From: an uncultured bacterium | GTDB lineage: Bacteria > Chloroflexota > UBA5177 > JANWHV01 | Length of the DNA stretch: 64,000 bases | Direction: 5' to 3' | Assembly (NCBI GenBank): GCA_963827235.1 | Contig: CAWHAE010000010.1 | Location: forward strand, 96,001-160,000 | In this document: positions 9,977-19,789 of the stretch, in pieces | Numbering within the stretch: the first letter of the stretch is position 1 | Layout: the number at the start of each line of letters is the position of its first letter | The notes under the pieces: model-generated | The model's database searches: none | The model's input: only the letters and a program-made list of their open reading frames with translations | Told to the model about the DNA's origin: nothing | Position numbers and translations under genes: made by a program

Positions 9977-10465
9977 GATGACGTCACCTCTCCTTGAGGC
10001 CGGCGCCAAGAGCGCCGAACTTTTGCTTCCGTCCGCGCCGATCAAGGCGGTTGCCGGCTTCTGGCCGGCACCAACGCCGTTGTTGGAGCGATCGATGGCT
10101 GATCCCGGCTCAGCGCATGCCCGCGGTGGGAATGCGATCGAGCCGAATGGCCAGGCGCGCCGCCTGCCGGATATGCATCCTCCACGGCGCGGCCGGGGCA
10201 GGCGTGGCCGGTGGCGAGCGGGGCCGGGTCAACCGTCCTAGCGTGCCAGCCCGGCCATTCTCCTCCAGGCTACTCAGCAATAACGATAGTATACGCTGCT
10301 TAAAGTAGTTTACCGATTGGCGGCGTATGAGCCGGCTTTGCGCCTTCTCCAACCGACAGATCGATGCCGGGAATTCGCCCGTGAGGGTCGGGCGACATGG
10401 CGCCGGTCAAGCCAAGACCCTGGAATCGACGTCGACCAACTCTGGCCCGGGCATGGACCCGAACA

Positions 10466-10504
10466 TACACGTCTATTGACGTGTAGTTTGACACGCGATA
10501 CTCT
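10466..10504 (+). promoter_or_regulatory. Sigma70-type promoter of the TA operon with a palindromic operator over the -35
   Basis: TTGACG(10476-81)-N17-TACTCT(10499-504); inverted repeat TACACGTC-tatt-GACGTGTA at 10466-10485. Confidence 0.7.
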
Positions 10505-10560
10505 CTGCACCGGGCGTGTAGCTCGCCCGTAGCGAACCGCACACAGGAAGGCTGACGTTT

Positions 10561-10818
10561 GTGAACAGCACGATAAAGCGAACCTACAACCTCTCGCCCG
10601 AGACTGTCGCCACCGTCAAGCGTCTCGCCGAGATCGAGCACCTCGCCGCGACGCAAGACGCCGTAGTAGAATACGCCATCGCAGAGTTAAGCCGACACCT
10701 CCGCGACGCCCAAGACGCCCAGAGCTGGAGCGCTGCCGGTGACGATGGCGATCTCCAGCAGGAACTGCACGAGATCGAGGCCGACCTGCCGGCGGCCGAC
10801 CTGGCTCCATGGGAATGA
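10561..10818 (+). CDS. Putative antitoxin (RHH-like N-terminus, acidic C-terminus)
   Basis: 85 aa, KRTYNLSPE beta-strand/helix start, acidic tail, ATGA-coupled to the toxin. Confidence 0.75.
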   Translation: MNSTIKRTYNLSPETVATVKRLAEIEHLAATQDAVVEYAIAELSRHLRDAQDAQSWSAAGDDGDLQQELHEIEADLPAADLAPWE

Positions 10819-11222
10819 TTGGCTCCTCGAGGCCCCTCCGCTGGGCGGTAGTGCTCGCGAGCCTCGACCCTACCACCGGCCACGAGCAGGGTGGTACTCG
10901 GCGTGCACTCGTCGTTTCCTATGAGCCATTCCATCACGCGGCCGTGGCCACGATCTGTCCGATTACGGCGGCGAGACGTGCGCCGCGCTACCCCAACGAA
11001 GTAGCAATCCCCATAGGCGAAGCCGGCCAGACGCGAGCAGGTGTCATCCTCTGCCACCAAGTGCGCACTATCTCACTGCTACGTATCGGCAACGCACTCG
11101 CGCCAGTCGGCTACCTCGCCGATCCCAGTTTGCGTGAACAGGTACGGAACGCCCTGGCGCGGCATCTTGGACTTGATGTCCCCCCAGGCGCAGACGGCGC
11201 GACGGGTCATCGCGTCTTCTAG
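10815..11222 (+). CDS. PemK/MazF-family endoribonuclease toxin
   Basis: LDPTTGHEQGGTRRALVVS, ICPIT and ILCHQVRTIS motifs. Confidence 0.9.
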   Translation: MIGSSRPLRWAVVLASLDPTTGHEQGGTRRALVVSYEPFHHAAVATICPITAARRAPRYPNEVAIPIGEAGQTRAGVILCHQVRTISLLRIGNALAPVGYLADPSLREQVRNALARHLGLDVPPGADGATGHRVF

Positions 11223-11380
11223 AGTCTTGCAACCACGAGCAGCGAACGGTAAAGCGCGCTGCGCGAGAATTGGTGCTCCGCGCCATGCTGCACGGCATCG
11301 GCTCGAGATCTGGCTACGCAGAACAGTTGCATAGGGGGTGCGGAAAAGTTTCTGCTTCTCAGAAGAAGGGGCGCCGGGCG

Positions 11381-12220
11381 TCAGCCCGCAGTAGGCGCCG
11401 CGAGAGGCCGGGCCACGACCAATAGCGAGCGACCGGGCGGATCGGACCAGGCCGCATCGGAGCGCTGCTCAGCCAACCAGCCGGCCTTTTTGAGCAGCTC
11501 AAGGTGCTGGGCCACGGGCAGGATGGTTCGCCAGGGCTCGGTCGCGCCCGAACGGCGCCGCGCGTTGGCCGCTGCCGCGACCTGGACGGAGTCCGCCTCC
11601 TCGCGATGGACGGCCAGACTGGCGGCCAGTCTGCTGCCGGCGGCTGCCCGTCCATGGAGAGCGGAAAGCAGCCGGAGGATGGTCGGCTCGTCCAGGTAGA
11701 CGAGAAGACCCTCGCACAGGAACAGGGTGGCGCGATCCGCCCGGTGTCCGCAGGCAGCCAGCGCGGTGCCGGCGTCGCCGGAGCGAAAGTCGACGGACAC
11801 CAGGGTGGGTCCGCCCTGTTCCGGTCGCTCTCCCATCTCGTGCAGACGACGAGCTTTGTCGGCCTGAGTGCCCGGGTGGTCGAGCTCGAAAAAGCGCACG
11901 CCGTCGGTGCGGAAGCGTAACGCACGGTCGTCGTAGCCGGCGCCGCAGATCGCCACCTGCTGCACGCCGGCCGCGAGCGCGTCGAGTACCTGCCGGTCGA
12001 AGAACCGGGTACGGGCTACGATCTGAGACCACAGCGTGCCCGAGGCAGGGCGCATGCCGGCGCAGAGGCGGCGTTGCGCCTCCGGGTCACCTTGCGGGCT
12101 GCAGGGACGGTCCAGCTCGGCGCGGATCAGGGCTACTGCCCGGCTCGTCCGGGAGAGCCCGTCCTCGGGCAACTGGTCCGCAGCTGGCCGCGGATTGGAT
12201 GAAACAGGCGGAGGCATCAT
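11381..12220 (-). CDS. SAM-dependent methyltransferase, leucine-carboxyl-methyltransferase-like family
   Basis: ARTRFFD, QVAICGAGYDDRA, FELDHP, FLCEGLLVYL motifs. Confidence 0.85.
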   Translation of the reverse strand: MMPPPVSSNPRPAADQLPEDGLSRTSRAVALIRAELDRPCSPQGDPEAQRRLCAGMRPASGTLWSQIVARTRFFDRQVLDALAAGVQQVAICGAGYDDRALRFRTDGVRFFELDHPGTQADKARRLHEMGERPEQGGPTLVSVDFRSGDAGTALAACGHRADRATLFLCEGLLVYLDEPTILRLLSALHGRAAAGSRLAASLAVHREEADSVQVAAAANARRRSGATEPWRTILPVAQHLELLKKAGWLAEQRSDAAWSDPPGRSLLVVARPLAAPTAG

Positions 12221-12221
12221 G

Positions 12222-12450
12222 CTACCGATGGTACAGCATGGCGTTCCGCAGGTGCGTCCTTGCCGCTGAGCGCAGTACCGCTCCAGCTCGAAAGCCAGCC
12301 AGCTTCATTGCCGGAACATCCACCGGCTCGCCAGTCTGGAAGTTGCGAGCACGGCCGGCCTTGCGCTGTCGCGTGTAGAACGTGCCAAAGCGTATTAGCT
12401 GCACCTTCTGGCCCTTCTGCAGACTCTTCTGGACCACGTCCAGTGTTTGC
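12222..12450 (-). pseudogene. 5'-truncated HU/IHF-family DNA-binding protein
   Basis: KVQLIRFGTFYTRQRKAGRARNFQTGE..FRAG is the C-terminal HU half; in-frame stop just upstream and no N-terminal helices. Confidence 0.75.
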
Positions 12451-12464
12451 TACTCGGGTGGCAG

Positions 12465-12666
12465 TGAGCCGATCTTTGTTGAGGAGATCTCCTGGCACAA
12501 CCCCAACCTGATTATCCTATCAGGCAAGGATCAAGACCTCAACGAGTGCACGGTACTGGTTCACATGAGCGCCCTAGCGCTCGTGCTCAAGCGGATTAAG
12601 GTCTCCCAACCTGTCCAGCACAAGCCAATCGGCTTTCTTGGTTGCCGCGACGCGGATCAGAAGTGA
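12465..12666 (+). pseudogene. C-terminal fragment of a conserved hypothetical protein (DUF6173-like)
   Basis: WHNPNLIILSG..LVHMSALALVL..KPIGF pattern recalled from that family; no start codon. Confidence 0.4.
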
Positions 12667-12756
12667 ACTGCTTGCGGCAGCAACTGAGTACGCCCGCGAT
12701 AGTGCCGTGCTCGGCGAAGAGATACCGAGCAAAGCCCTTATAGGTTGTGGGGATGG

Positions 12757-13236
12757 CTATGGGTTTGTCGCCGGCCCATGATCGATTAGGGGCAGTTCAA
12801 CAGTGGCAAGCAAATCTGCTGGTGTTAGCACGGAAATGCCGAAGGCGCTCTCAATGTCGGCGCTTCTGTTGACCAGATGCCGTCTGTCGTAGGAATCGAT
12901 AAAGTCGGCCCCGGCTTGGACTGCGCCGGCAACAATCGGAGCATCCTTGAGTTCGACCGTGCCCGCTGCTTGCTCAATCAGTTCTCGGCTCGGGCTGGCA
13001 AGATGGCCAGAGAGTTGACCGCGGAGTGCCATAAAGCGTGGCAAGCCCTGAGGCGCTTTCAGAGTGAGATTGCGCTCAACTTCCTCAAGCACGGTGCGCG
13101 AAAGGCATACCTCAATATCGCCTCGATCGGCGTAGGTGAGTAGATCGGCAGCGGAGCCGATGGAGGAAAGGCAAGCAGCGAGAAGCACACTGCTATCAAG
13201 AAATACCTTAGTTTTGTTTGTCGTCTGTGAGTCCAT
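12757..13236 (-). CDS. PIN-domain (VapC-like) toxin
   Basis: VFLDSSVL, LEEVERNL, KDAPIVAGA and SYDRRHL acidic PIN motifs. Confidence 0.88.
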   Translation of the reverse strand: MDSQTTNKTKVFLDSSVLLAACLSSIGSAADLLTYADRGDIEVCLSRTVLEEVERNLTLKAPQGLPRFMALRGQLSGHLASPSRELIEQAAGTVELKDAPIVAGAVQAGADFIDSYDRRHLVNRSADIESAFGISVLTPADLLATVELPLIDHGPATNP

Positions 13237-13498
13237 AAGCCTCTTTGATCAGTTCGCCTCGTATCTCACGGCCTGACTCGATGAGCTGCTCGAAGGTGAG
13301 CCCCGAGGACTTGAGTACTTGATCAAGTTCGGCAATCTCGCGACGAGTGATCAGCTCTGAAGGGGTTATAAGAATGCCCTCGGCTGTCTCTGTTACGGCA
13401 ACCAGGTCGCCCTTCTTGATGCCCAGCCTGCGGCGTACCTCAGCCGGCAGGGTCACTTGGCCCTTCTCCTGAACTCGTGTGTACTTTTGCGCTGGCAT
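13208..13498 (-). CDS. AbrB/MazE/SpoVT-family antitoxin
   Basis: KGQVTLPAEVRRRLGIKKGDLV swapped-hairpin motif; overlaps the PIN gene. Confidence 0.9.
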   Translation of the reverse strand: MPAQKYTRVQEKGQVTLPAEVRRRLGIKKGDLVAVTETAEGILITPSELITRREIAELDQVLKSSGLTFEQLIESGREIRGELIKEAYGLTDDKQN

Positions 13499-13789
13499 GT
13501 TCTCTTCCATAATCGTGAAGTCATAAAGTCATACTTTCCGATATTGTAGAGCAGGTATGCTGTCGGCGTCAAGTGGGGCTTGCTCGGGTGCTCACTAGGG
13601 CTGAGCGGCGTCAGCGGATCGGACTCAGCGGCCATCAGTGGTGTGCGTAAATCGATACGTGCTGACCGCTGGTACTCCTCCGGAGCGGTGTTGAGAATGC
13701 CGCACAACTCCGGAACCAAAGCTCATGTTTCCAACGTCGAAAGAAAAAGTACCTGGACTAACCGTCTATGATTGTCGTAGCGTAGAGGC

Positions 13790-14902
13790 ATGCAAAGCCA
13801 ACCATGTTTACCGGTCGCGGCCGCGGACGAGGCGGGACAGGACACGTCGAGCACGACACGGCCGCCGGAACACACCCTGTCTCGCGCGCTCCGCGTGAGT
13901 CGACGCCGGATCGCCACGACGGCACCTGGAGTAGCCTTGTGCCTCGCGCTGGCCACCGTCGCCAGCCTGCTGGGACACGTCGAGCCGGTGATAGGCGGCG
14001 CCGTGATCGCCATCGTATTCGGTATTCTGTTGCGCAACACGGTCGGCGTTGCTCCGGCGTGCAGCCCGGGCGTGCGGCTATCCAGCAAGCTGATCCTGCA
14101 GGTGGCGATCGCCGTTCTGGGAGCCGGTCTCAGTCTGCGCCAAGTCTGGACCACCGGCACGGCCTCGCTCGCCGTGCTGCTCGGCACGCTGGTGCTGGGC
14201 ATCCCGATCATTCTCCTGCTGAGCCGCCTGCTCGGCGTCGACCGCACGCTCGGGCGGCTGATCGCCGTGGGTACCGGTATCTGCGGCGCCTCGGCTATCG
14301 GAGCGCTGGCGCCTATCCTGGGCGCGGAGGAAGGCGCCACGGCCTATGCGATCGCCACCGTCTTTCTGTTCAACGTGGCCGGCGTGCTCCTGTTCCCCCC
14401 CATCGGCCGGCTCTTCGGCTTCAGCGCCCACGGCTTCGGTCTCTGGGCCGGCACCGCGATCAACGACACCTCGTCCGTGGTCGCGGCCGGCTACAGCTTC
14501 AGCGCCGCGGCAGGGGCGTATGCCGTGATCGTCAAGCTGACGCGCACCCTGATGATCGTGCCGGTCAGCCTGATCTTCGCCGCCGTGGTGGCGCGCGAGC
14601 GGCGCAGTCAGGCCTCCGGCGACGCGCTGCTGGCCGAGCGTGCTCGCGTGCCGCGATTCATACTCTGGTTCGTGCTGGCCAGCACGCTGAACACTCTCGG
14701 CCTGTTCGGCACGTGGGGCGCGCACTCGTTATCCGCCCTGGGCCAGTTTCTGATCGTGGTTGCCCTTGCCGGCGTGGGCCTCTCCGCCGACCTGCGAGCC
14801 ATGGCACGGACCGGCTTCCGGCCGATCCTGGTTGGGTTGCTGGGCTGGCTGTGCGTGGCCGCCCTGAGCCTTCTCCTGCAGCAGCTCACAGGCATGCGGT
14901 GA
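13790..14902 (+). CDS. YeiH/UPF0324 putative sulfate exporter family membrane protein (start uncertain)
   Basis: GTGICGASAI, GLWAGTAINDTSSVVAA and VKLTR motifs; multiple TM helices. Confidence 0.9.
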   Translation: MQSQPCLPVAAADEAGQDTSSTTRPPEHTLSRALRVSRRRIATTAPGVALCLALATVASLLGHVEPVIGGAVIAIVFGILLRNTVGVAPACSPGVRLSSKLILQVAIAVLGAGLSLRQVWTTGTASLAVLLGTLVLGIPIILLLSRLLGVDRTLGRLIAVGTGICGASAIGALAPILGAEEGATAYAIATVFLFNVAGVLLFPPIGRLFGFSAHGFGLWAGTAINDTSSVVAAGYSFSAAAGAYAVIVKLTRTLMIVPVSLIFAAVVARERRSQASGDALLAERARVPRFILWFVLASTLNTLGLFGTWGAHSLSALGQFLIVVALAGVGLSADLRAMARTGFRPILVGLLGWLCVAALSLLLQQLTGMR

Positions 14903-15025
14903 AGCGCATAACAGCGGGCAGATGCAGGAACGGCTGCCGCCATGCGGAGTCAGTATGGCTCGCCCAATGCGCTCGTCCTTGACGCGCACATCCGGCCGCC
15001 GGAGTGACTGGAAGCCGCGAGCTCG

Positions 15026-15844
15026 ATGCTTTCGCTAGTAGTGCTCGTTCTGATAGGCGCCGGCGTGGGGGCCTACGGCACGCTGATCGGGGCGGGAGGC
15101 GGATTCGTGCTGGTCCCCGTGCTGCTGTTGCTGTATCCGCACCTGGCGCCTACCACGATCACGTCGATCTCCCTGGCCGTGGTATGCGCCAACGCGGCGT
15201 CGGGCAGCGCCGCCTACGCGCGCATGAAGCGCATCGATTTCGCTACCGGACGACTGTTCGCCCTGGCTACCATCCCGGGCGCCGTGGTCGGCGTTTTCGC
15301 CAATGGCCTGTTCAGCCGCGGACCGTTCGACAAGCTGCTCGGCGCACTTCTGGTTCTTCTGTCTGTTGGGCTTGTCGCGCGGCCCGGCGCGAGCACCGGG
15401 GCGCTGCCCGAGCGTGCAGCGCGCGGCCATGTGACGCGCACGGTGGTTGATGCAAGCGGCACGACCTACACCTACACGTACAACCGCTGGCTCGGGCTCG
15501 GTCTGAGCGGCGTGGTTGGTTTCCTGTCCAGCCTGCTCGGCATCGGCGGCGGCATCATTCACGTACCGGCCATGGTGCAGCTGCTCGATATTCCGCCGCA
15601 CGTGGCGACCGCGACCTCGCACTTCGTGCTGGCCATGACCTCGGGCGCAGGCAGCGCCGTCCACCTGGCCCGGGGCGATTTCGCCGGTGTTGCCGCGCGG
15701 ACCATCGCCCTGGCAGTGGGAGTCGTGCCGGGTGCCCAAGCCGGTGCCGTGCTCTCGGGGCGAATACGGGGCGCATGGATCATGCGGCTGCTCGCCCTGG
15801 CGCTGGCGGCGGTGGGACTCCGCCTGCTGCTGGGCACGAGCTGA
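15026..15844 (+). CDS. TauE/SafE sulfite exporter family protein
   Basis: GTLIGAGGGFVLVP and LLGIGGGIIHVP repeats, ATATS. Confidence 0.9.
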   Translation: MLSLVVLVLIGAGVGAYGTLIGAGGGFVLVPVLLLLYPHLAPTTITSISLAVVCANAASGSAAYARMKRIDFATGRLFALATIPGAVVGVFANGLFSRGPFDKLLGALLVLLSVGLVARPGASTGALPERAARGHVTRTVVDASGTTYTYTYNRWLGLGLSGVVGFLSSLLGIGGGIIHVPAMVQLLDIPPHVATATSHFVLAMTSGAGSAVHLARGDFAGVAARTIALAVGVVPGAQAGAVLSGRIRGAWIMRLLALALAAVGLRLLLGTS

Positions 15845-15853
15845 TCGCCGTGC

Positions 15854-15882
15854 TTGTATACCGTAGGGGGGTAAGGTAGAAT
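15854..15882 (+). promoter_or_regulatory. Promoter with a CsoR-type G-tract operator in the spacer
   Basis: TTGTAT-N17-TAGAAT; TACCGTAGGGGGGTA (15859-15873) fits the TAC..G-tract..GTA CsoR operator pattern. Confidence 0.8.
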
Positions 15883-15904
15883 GTAACAGTAGGAGAGTAG
15901 CGGC

Positions 15905-16189
15905 GTGGAAACGACGACGACAGTGGATCAACCGCAGGCGAACGCGGCCGCGGAACGACTGCAGGCCCGCCTGGCACGAATCGAAGGCCAGATTCGCGGC
16001 ATCGGCAAGATGATCGGCGAAGGCCGGCGCTGCGACCAGATCCTGGTGCAGATCCTGGCCGCGCGAGCCGCGCTCGAGAAGGTAGCGGCGGCAATCGTGG
16101 AGAGCAGCATCGACGAGTGCCTGGCCTCCGTGCCGGAGGAGACCAGGCGGGCGCTGAACAGCAGCGTCGGCCTCCTGACTCAGATCTGA
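15905..16189 (+). CDS. CsoR/RcnR-family repressor, CstR-like (two Cys, no His ligand)
   Basis: RLARIEGQIRGI..C..Q..A.RAAL..ESSIDEC. Confidence 0.88.
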   Translation: METTTTVDQPQANAAAERLQARLARIEGQIRGIGKMIGEGRRCDQILVQILAARAALEKVAAAIVESSIDECLASVPEETRRALNSSVGLLTQI

Positions 16190-16193
16190 GCCG

Positions 16194-17192
16194 TCACACC
16201 TGGTAGGAGCCGCCCGGGAAGAGAATCTCCTGGATGGTGTCGCCGAGCAGGTTGAGAATGAGCGCGGTCAGGAAGATGGCGAGGCCCGGGAACGTGGACA
16301 GCCACCAGTCGGTCAGCAGGTACTGCTGGCCGGCATTGACCATCGACCCCCATTCCGCGGTGCCCACCGCGGCGCCGAGCCCGAGGAAGCTGAGGCCGGC
16401 GAAGCTCACCAGCACGTTGCCCATGTCGAGCGTCAGCTGCACCAGGACCGGGCCTATGCCGTTGCGCAATATATGCACGACGATGATGCGGGTGTGCGAG
16501 GCGCCCAGGCTGCGCGCGGCATCCACGTAATCGTTGTTCTTGATTGCCAGCACCTGCCCTCGCACCAGCCGGGCGTAGGTCGGCCACCACACTGCCGCGA
16601 GGGCCGCCATCGCCGAGCTGAGGCCCGGCCCGAGAGCAGCCGCGATGGCGAGGGCAAGCACGATAGTGGGAAAGGCCAGGAAGATGTCCGTGATCCGCAT
16701 CAGGATCTCTTCCACCAGGCCGCCCGCGTAGCCCGCCGTCGCGCCGACGAGTATGCCGATCACCAACGCAACGCTCAGCACGACCACGACGGCGGTCAGC
16801 GAATAGTGCGTGCCGGCAATGACCCGGCTGAAGACGTCCTTGCCCAGGTCGTCCGTGCCGAACAGGTGCTGCCAGGACGGCGCGTAGAACTGGTCGACGG
16901 GATTGATCGCTTCCGAGTCGTAGGGTGCAAGACTCGAGCCGAAGGCAGTGAGCACGACAAGGATCGCCACGCCGATCATAGCGAGGATGGTGGCGGGTCT
17001 GAGCGCGATGCGGCGCAGTCGCCGCCAGCGGGCGGACGGCAGTATCGGCTCCAGCTCGGCCGCAGACGGGGACCGAGACGATTCCGCTTGGCTCCCGTCC
17101 ACCCCGTCCACGGCCAGTCCCCTTTCTATCTGAGCAGCGTCCGCCGATTTTTCGCGCTCGCCTGTGGCGCCGGCCTTGAATCTCCTGCTCAT
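16194..17192 (-). CDS. Peptide/nickel ABC transporter permease (DppC/OppC-like)
   Basis: HLFGTDDLGKDVFSR, YVDAARSLGAS EAA loop; ATG at 17192 coupled to the upstream stop. Confidence 0.92.
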   Translation of the reverse strand: MSRRFKAGATGEREKSADAAQIERGLAVDGVDGSQAESSRSPSAAELEPILPSARWRRLRRIALRPATILAMIGVAILVVLTAFGSSLAPYDSEAINPVDQFYAPSWQHLFGTDDLGKDVFSRVIAGTHYSLTAVVVVLSVALVIGILVGATAGYAGGLVEEILMRITDIFLAFPTIVLALAIAAALGPGLSSAMAALAAVWWPTYARLVRGQVLAIKNNDYVDAARSLGASHTRIIVVHILRNGIGPVLVQLTLDMGNVLVSFAGLSFLGLGAAVGTAEWGSMVNAGQQYLLTDWWLSTFPGLAIFLTALILNLLGDTIQEILFPGGSYQV

Positions 17193-18196
17193 GAGAGCTG
17201 CAGCCGCGGATCCAGCTTGGTGTAGAGTATGTCGACGGCGAGATTCACGAGCGTGTACGTGACCGCCAGGATCACGGTGATGCTCATGATGGCCTGATAG
17301 TCGAAATTCTGTATGGTGTTGACCGAGTAGTAGCCGATTCCGGGCCAGCTGAATACCGTCTCGATCAGGAAGGCGCCGCTCAACAGGTTGCCTACCTGCA
17401 GGCCGAGCAGCGTGGTAGTCGGGATCAGGGCATTGCGCAGAGCATGGCGCATCACCACCGTGCGCCTGGGCACGCCCTTTGCCCGGGCCGTGCGAATGTA
17501 CTCCTTGGCGAGAATGTCGACCATGCTCGTCCTCGTCACGCGCACGACGAGCGAGAGCGAGGTGAAGGCGAGGCAGAGCGACGGCATGAGCACGTGTTTG
17601 AGCGCGTTCAGAAGTGCCGGGAAGTTGAGGGTCAGCAGGCTGTCGACGGTGAGCACGCCGGTAATGTGCCGCGGCGCTGCCTGGAAGGTGTCCAGTCGCC
17701 CGGACTCGGGCAGCCAGCCGAGACGACCGTAGAACACGAGCTGGAAGAGCAGCCCCAGCCAGAAGAGCGGCATGGCCGTTCCAGCCACCGAGATGACTCG
17801 CGTCAGGTGATCCACCCAGGAATTGCGTTTCAGGCCCGAATAGACGCCGAGCGGTATGCCGATCACGATGCAGAAGATCAGGGCGTAGAACGTCAGCTCG
17901 ACGGTGGCCGGGAAGTAGTCGACGAAGTCGCTCCATACGGCGCGGTGACTGTAGGTCGATTGGCCAAGGTCACCGCGCAACAGCTTGGACATGTAGGTGA
18001 GGTACTGTACGGGCAGCGGCTGATCGAGACCGTACTCATGCCTGATGCGGGCCAGCTCGGCGGTCGTCGAGCTCTTGCCGGCGACCAGGGCAGCGGGGTT
18101 GGCGGCTACCACGTGCGAGACCGTGAAGGTGATCACGCTCACGCCCAGGATCACCAGCACCAGGAACCCCAGCCGCCGGACAAGAAAGGTGGTCAC
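17189..18196 (-). CDS. Peptide/nickel ABC transporter permease (DppB/OppB-like)
   Basis: GLDQPLPVQY, GDLGQS, YIRTARAKG, ETVFSWPGIG. Confidence 0.93.
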   Translation of the reverse strand: MTTFLVRRLGFLVLVILGVSVITFTVSHVVAANPAALVAGKSSTTAELARIRHEYGLDQPLPVQYLTYMSKLLRGDLGQSTYSHRAVWSDFVDYFPATVELTFYALIFCIVIGIPLGVYSGLKRNSWVDHLTRVISVAGTAMPLFWLGLLFQLVFYGRLGWLPESGRLDTFQAAPRHITGVLTVDSLLTLNFPALLNALKHVLMPSLCLAFTSLSLVVRVTRTSMVDILAKEYIRTARAKGVPRRTVVMRHALRNALIPTTTLLGLQVGNLLSGAFLIETVFSWPGIGYYSVNTIQNFDYQAIMSITVILAVTYTLVNLAVDILYTKLDPRLQLS

Positions 18197-18202
18197 GTAC
18201 GG

Positions 18203-19789
18203 TCAGCTCTTGCTCAGCGCGTAGAGGTCGTACATGAACGAGCCATACAGGTAGTTGTAGACGAAGCCGTGTACGTTGCTGCGCATGGCGACCCTGTCGC
18301 TGGGCTGCACCGCCCAGATCTCGAGGGCCTGGTTGTAGACGATGTCCATGGCCTTCATGAAGTCGGCCTTGGCAGTCGCGGCATCGGCCGAGTCACGGCC
18401 CGCTACCAACAGGCTGTCGAGGGTTGGGTTCGTGTACCAGAAGACATTGCCGCTGGACGGCGGCGCCTTTGACCAGAAGTAGTTCAGGTACATGTTCTGG
18501 TCATCGCCGAAGTCCATGGTCCATTGGCCAAACCAGACGTCCGGGCTGGTATCCATCTTGGAGCTTCTGGTGAAGTACACCGAATTGGGCAGCACTTTGA
18601 GGTTCATCTGGATGCCGAGCGCCTTGGTGTCGGCCTGCCAGATCTGGGCCATCAGCGCGGACTGGAAGTCGCCGGTTTGCCAGTCGACTTCGAGTGAGAA
18701 GCCGTGGGGATAGCCGGCCTGAGCGAGCAGGCTCTTGGCCTTGGCCAGGTCGTAGGTGTAGAGGTGCGGGGCCGGGAAGTAGTCGGCCAGACCGGTGGGA
18801 CCAACGCCGAGCATGCGCGCGCCATGTCCCTGGAATGCCGCTTTGACCATCGTGTCGTAATCGAACGAGTAAGAGAGGGCCTGCCGCACGAGCTGGTTGC
18901 CCAGCGGACCCTTGCCATGCCTGGTGTTGAAGCGGATCTCGCGGATTGTCTGCGCCGTGTACTCACTCGCCACGATGCCGGACTCGTGTCCCACGGCCGC
19001 GAAGTCCTGGTAGTTGAGGTTCATGGCGATATCGACGTCGCCATGCTCGAGGCCCTGGCGCTGGGTGGCGGAGGCCGCCGGCCACTGCAGTACCACTTCG
19101 CCTACATGCTGTCCCGACCAGCCCTTCCAATAGCCCGGGAACGGGTCCAGCACGATCTTCTGGCCGTGGACCCACTGCTTGACCACCCACGGGCCCGAGC
19201 CGGCATCGTGGTCGAGCATCCAGGCCTTGCCCAGGTCGCCCTTCACCTGGTGCGCCAGCACGGTCTTGGGACTGACGATGCCGGGGCCCCAGAGGGAGGT
19301 CAAGGAAGGCAGGAAGCCGGAATAGGACGTGTTGAGGTGGAAGACCACCGTCGACGGGTCGGGGGCGTCGACCGAAGCGATCTCGAGGAAGTCGCCGACG
19401 GCGCCGAGCTGGAGCTTCAGCAGGCGATCGAAGCTGAACTTGACCGCCGCGGCGTCGACCGTGCTGCCGTCGTGGAACTTGACGCCGGACCGCAGCTTGA
19501 ACGTCCAGGTTTTGCCGTCCGCCGACTCCTTCCAAGAGGTGGCCAGATCCGGCACGATCTTTACGACCTTCGAGCCTTCGGCCCGCACGAGTCCATCGTA
19601 GACGTTGGCGAGAACGGTCGCCATGCCGGTGTCGTAATCCTGGGCGGGATCGACCTGCGAGCCTTCATAGCCGATGTCGATCACCAGGTTGGGAGCGGCG
19701 GCATGAACGGGCTCAGCGATTCGCGCCGGGATAATGAGCAGTGACAGCGTCGCGATCATGGCGAGTATACGTGCACGACCCAATTTCAC
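18203..19789 (-). CDS. ABC transporter family-5 substrate-binding protein (DppA/OppA-like)
   Basis: Signal peptide; PDLATSW..DGKTWTFKLRSGVKFHDG; GSGPW; VRQAL. Confidence 0.93.
   Translation of the reverse strand: MKLGRARILAMIATLSLLIIPARIAEPVHAAAPNLVIDIGYEGSQVDPAQDYDTGMATVLANVYDGLVRAEGSKVVKIVPDLATSWKESADGKTWTFKLRSGVKFHDGSTVDAAAVKFSFDRLLKLQLGAVGDFLEIASVDAPDPSTVVFHLNTSYSGFLPSLTSLWGPGIVSPKTVLAHQVKGDLGKAWMLDHDAGSGPWVVKQWVHGQKIVLDPFPGYWKGWSGQHVGEVVLQWPAASATQRQGLEHGDVDIAMNLNYQDFAAVGHESGIVASEYTAQTIREIRFNTRHGKGPLGNQLVRQALSYSFDYDTMVKAAFQGHGARMLGVGPTGLADYFPAPHLYTYDLAKAKSLLAQAGYPHGFSLEVDWQTGDFQSALMAQIWQADTKALGIQMNLKVLPNSVYFTRSSKMDTSPDVWFGQWTMDFGDDQNMYLNYFWSKAPPSSGNVFWYTNPTLDSLLVAGRDSADAATAKADFMKAMDIVYNQALEIWAVQPSDRVAMRSNVHGFVYNYLYGSFMYDLYALSKS

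Noticed and set aside
16194-17936. 580-aa ORF as one protein
   Set aside because: The N-terminal part is an off-frame overlap with the upstream permease; the real start is ATG 17192
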